64,000 bases of DNA from Dehalococcoidia bacterium. GTDB lineage: Bacteria > Chloroflexota > Dehalococcoidia > Lucifugimonadales > Australimonadaceae. The position numbers and the translations under genes are program-made. Numbering within the stretch: the first letter of the stretch is position 1; the number at the start of each line of letters is the position of its first letter. The notes beneath the pieces were generated by a model that had not been told where the DNA came from, ran no database searches, and saw only the letters and a program-made list of their open reading frames with translations. The stretch spans positions 71,592 through 135,591 of the forward strand of contig CAUZHS010000001.1 of NCBI GenBank assembly GCA_963579845.1. The letters are read 5' to 3'. Positions 61,937-64,000 of the stretch are shown here, in pieces.

Positions 61937-62578
61937 ATGCCGCTCGTCCACGACACCCACTTCCAGGTCTACAAGGTGGCCGGCATGGGCCCGTACAACA
62001 ACAACGGTTACGTCCTGGCCGACCGGGCGAGCCGCGAATGTTATCTGGTGGACGCCCCTGCCGAAATCCCACGGCTGCTAACGGAAGCCTCCGGCATGCT
62101 GGTCAAAGGAGTGCTCATCACCCACACGCACCCGGATCACATCGCGGGGTACGCGGATCTGATGGCCCTCACCGAGCTGCCAGTGGCCGTGCATCCCGCC
62201 GACGCAGCGCGGCTGCCTGGACCTGCGGTCTTCGGCCTGAATGACGGCGATGTACTCCAGGTAGGCAGCACCCCCATTCAGGTGCTCCACACGCCAGGTC
62301 ACACTCCTGGTGGTGTCTGCCTCCTCATCGGCGACTGCCTGATCTCGGGCGACACGCTCTTCCCCGGAGGTCCCGGCTACACCCGCGGGCCCGAAGCCTT
62401 TGAGCAGGTAGTGAGGAGTATTACCGAGCACCTGTACGCGCTGGACAGTGCGGTCAAAGTCTTCCCTGGCCACGGCGGCGACACTACCATCGGCGACTCC
62501 AAAATCGAATACACCGTTTTTACCGCCAAGGCCCGCAACGCCGGCCTCCACGGGGAGGTCCACTGGCTGACAAGCTAG
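61937..62578 (+). CDS. MBL-fold metallo-hydrolase (glyoxalase II-like)
   Basis: Motifs ITHTHPDHIAG, HTPGHTPGG and FPGHG. Confidence 0.85.
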   Translation: MPLVHDTHFQVYKVAGMGPYNNNGYVLADRASRECYLVDAPAEIPRLLTEASGMLVKGVLITHTHPDHIAGYADLMALTELPVAVHPADAARLPGPAVFGLNDGDVLQVGSTPIQVLHTPGHTPGGVCLLIGDCLISGDTLFPGGPGYTRGPEAFEQVVRSITEHLYALDSAVKVFPGHGGDTTIGDSKIEYTVFTAKARNAGLHGEVHWLTS

Positions 62579-62615
62579 GCCCCCCGCTCCTCGTCCCTGG
62601 TGGTATCCTTAAGCC

Positions 62616-63458
62616 ATGCTTACCAAACGCATCATCCCATGCCTGGACGTGGACGCTGGCCGGGTCGTTAAGGGCGTCTCCTTCGTCAACCTGCACGACG
62701 CCGGTGACCCTGTGGAACTGGCCGCCTTCTACGACCGCGAGGGCGCCGACGAGCTGGTCTTTCTAGATATCACCGCCAGCTCCGACGGCCGCGACACTAT
62801 CCTTGAGGTGGTCAAGCACGTCTCAGAGCAGGTCTTCATCCCCCTCACCGTCGGCGGCGGCGTCCGCAGCAGTGCCGACGTACGCAAGCTGCTTCAGGCC
62901 GGGGCCGACAAAGTGGCCATGAACACCGCAGCAGTCTTGGACCCCAGCGAACTCGACAGATGCGCCCAGGACTTCGGCAGCCAGTGCATGGTTATCGCCA
63001 TCGATGCCCGGCACGTGGCGCCTGGCTCGGCCACCGCCCCAGCTGACCTCCTACCGGAGGGCCACCCAGGCAAGCAAGCGCTCGCCGTGGACGCGGATAC
63101 GCGCTGGGAGGTGTACATCCACGGGGGCCGCACGCCCACCGCTATCGACGCGGTGAAATGGGCCGCGTACGCGGCGGAACTCGGAGCTGGCGAGGTTCTC
63201 CTTACCAGCATGGACACCGACGGCCACCTGGAGGGCTTCGACCTCGCGCTGACCCTGGCCGTCTCGGATGCCGTCTCCATTCCTGTCATCGCCAGCGGCG
63301 GCGCGGGCACGCCGGCCCACTTCTGTGACGCCGTCACCAAGGGTCACGCCGACGCCATGCTAGCCGCAACCATCTTCCACTACGGGGAGGTCTCCATCGA
63401 AGAAACCAAGGCCCACCTAGCAGACCAGCACATCCCCGTGCGGCCCGTGCGGGACTAA
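62616..63458 (+). CDS. hisF: Imidazole glycerol phosphate synthase cyclase subunit
   Basis: Motifs [16 protein letters not shown] and ASGGAG. It is 280 aa with an internal insertion. Confidence 0.93.
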   Translation: MLTKRIIPCLDVDAGRVVKGVSFVNLHDAGDPVELAAFYDREGADELVFLDITASSDGRDTILEVVKHVSEQVFIPLTVGGGVRSSADVRKLLQAGADKVAMNTAAVLDPSELDRCAQDFGSQCMVIAIDARHVAPGSATAPADLLPEGHPGKQALAVDADTRWEVYIHGGRTPTAIDAVKWAAYAAELGAGEVLLTSMDTDGHLEGFDLALTLAVSDAVSIPVIASGGAGTPAHFCDAVTKGHADAMLAATIFHYGEVSIEETKAHLADQHIPVRPVRD

Positions 63459-63462
63459 CTCA

Positions 63463-64000
63463 ATGGAAACCAAACCTGCCATCGCCATGGTCGTCTTCGA
63501 TATGTTCGGCACCCTCGCCCACAACGGCGTGGACCAGTGGAAAGCCGCCTTCGTCGAGATTGTCCGCCAGCATGGCTGGAACATCTCGCCCGACGACCTC
63601 CACCGAGAATGGACAACGCGGGAGGTCAGCTTCCGGACGACCCGGACGCGAATGGACGATCCACAGGCCAGCCCTCCCTTCCGAACCTACGAGGAGGTGT
63701 GGGCCGAGGCCTTCACAGGCGCCTTCGAAGCCATGAGCGTGCAAGGTGACGCCGCTGCTGCCGCGCGCCGCTGCATCCAGGACCTGGGCGTCCGGCAACC
63801 ACTAGAGGAGGACACAACGGCCACGCTGAAACACTTGGCTACGGACTGGCCCCTGGCCGTCCTCTCCAACGCCGACGACAACTTCCTCCTGCCCGTCATC
63901 GCCCACAACGGCTGGTCTTTTAACACCGTTGTCTCCTCGGAATCGGCCCGCGTCTACAAGCCCGACCCCCGCATCTTCGCGGCCTTCTGTGAGGAGGCGT
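63463..64000 (+). CDS. HAD-superfamily hydrolase. The N-terminal 179 aa are present and the gene runs off the right edge.
   Basis: My own translation gives METKPAIAMVVFDMFGTLAHN...LAVLSNADDNF...YKPDPRIF. It is absent from the ORF track because no stop lies in the window. Confidence 0.7.
   Translation, partial: METKPAIAMVVFDMFGTLAHNGVDQWKAAFVEIVRQHGWNISPDDLHREWTTREVSFRTTRTRMDDPQASPPFRTYEEVWAEAFTGAFEAMSVQGDAAAAARRCIQDLGVRQPLEEDTTATLKHLATDWPLAVLSNADDNFLLPVIAHNGWSFNTVVSSESARVYKPDPRIFAAFCEEA

Overview
This is a 64-kb, high-GC bacterial chromosomal window. Hand counts on core-gene lines give about 62-68% GC. It is densely packed and dominated by housekeeping genes.

Main blocks, in order:
- prfA-prmC.
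- A minus-strand ilvB-ilvN-ilvC-leuA-leuC-(rmuC)-leuD-leuB operon, preceded by a Leu-specific T-box leader with its own sigma70-like promoter.
- A CPBP protease-trpA-aroH cluster, then aroG-ribF-tyrS-DUF3054.
- argS, recG and tRNA-Ser(UGA).
- sucC and sucD, split by an unusual 470-bp spacer.
- A lone nuoA, then CIRCE-groES-groEL.
- An M16 peptidase, then a greA-lysS-serS operon.
- rsmD-coaD, recN, DUF1385-rpmE, rplU-rpmA and gyrA.
- Peptidases, then thrB-lysC, speH-speE, holB-lysA, hisF, and a truncated HAD hydrolase at the right edge.

The B. subtilis-like ilv-leu order with a T-box, the CIRCE element and GGAGG Shine-Dalgarno (SD) sites in a high-GC background suggest a Chloroflexota-like or similar lineage. 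That is only a guess.

I found no CRISPR array, rRNA, intact mobile element or recognisable defence system.

The non-ordinary signals are:
1. A roughly 1.6-kb low-GC island (18.9-20.5 kb) carrying a 279-aa orphan ORF and abutting a compositionally chimeric, decayed DapA-family gene.
2. A low-GC, non-coding 470-bp insertion between sucC and sucD.
3. rmuC wedged between leuC and leuD.
4. Five gene relics (DapA-like, GNAT, OsmC-like, PPOX-like, HNH) that fill most of the long intergenic spacers.
5. Several candidate RNA or regulatory elements: the T-box, a speH leader with a uORF and anti-SD sequence, a 30-bp perfect palindrome, and a small hairpin repeat family.

All family assignments come from motif recognition by eye. 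No database search was run.
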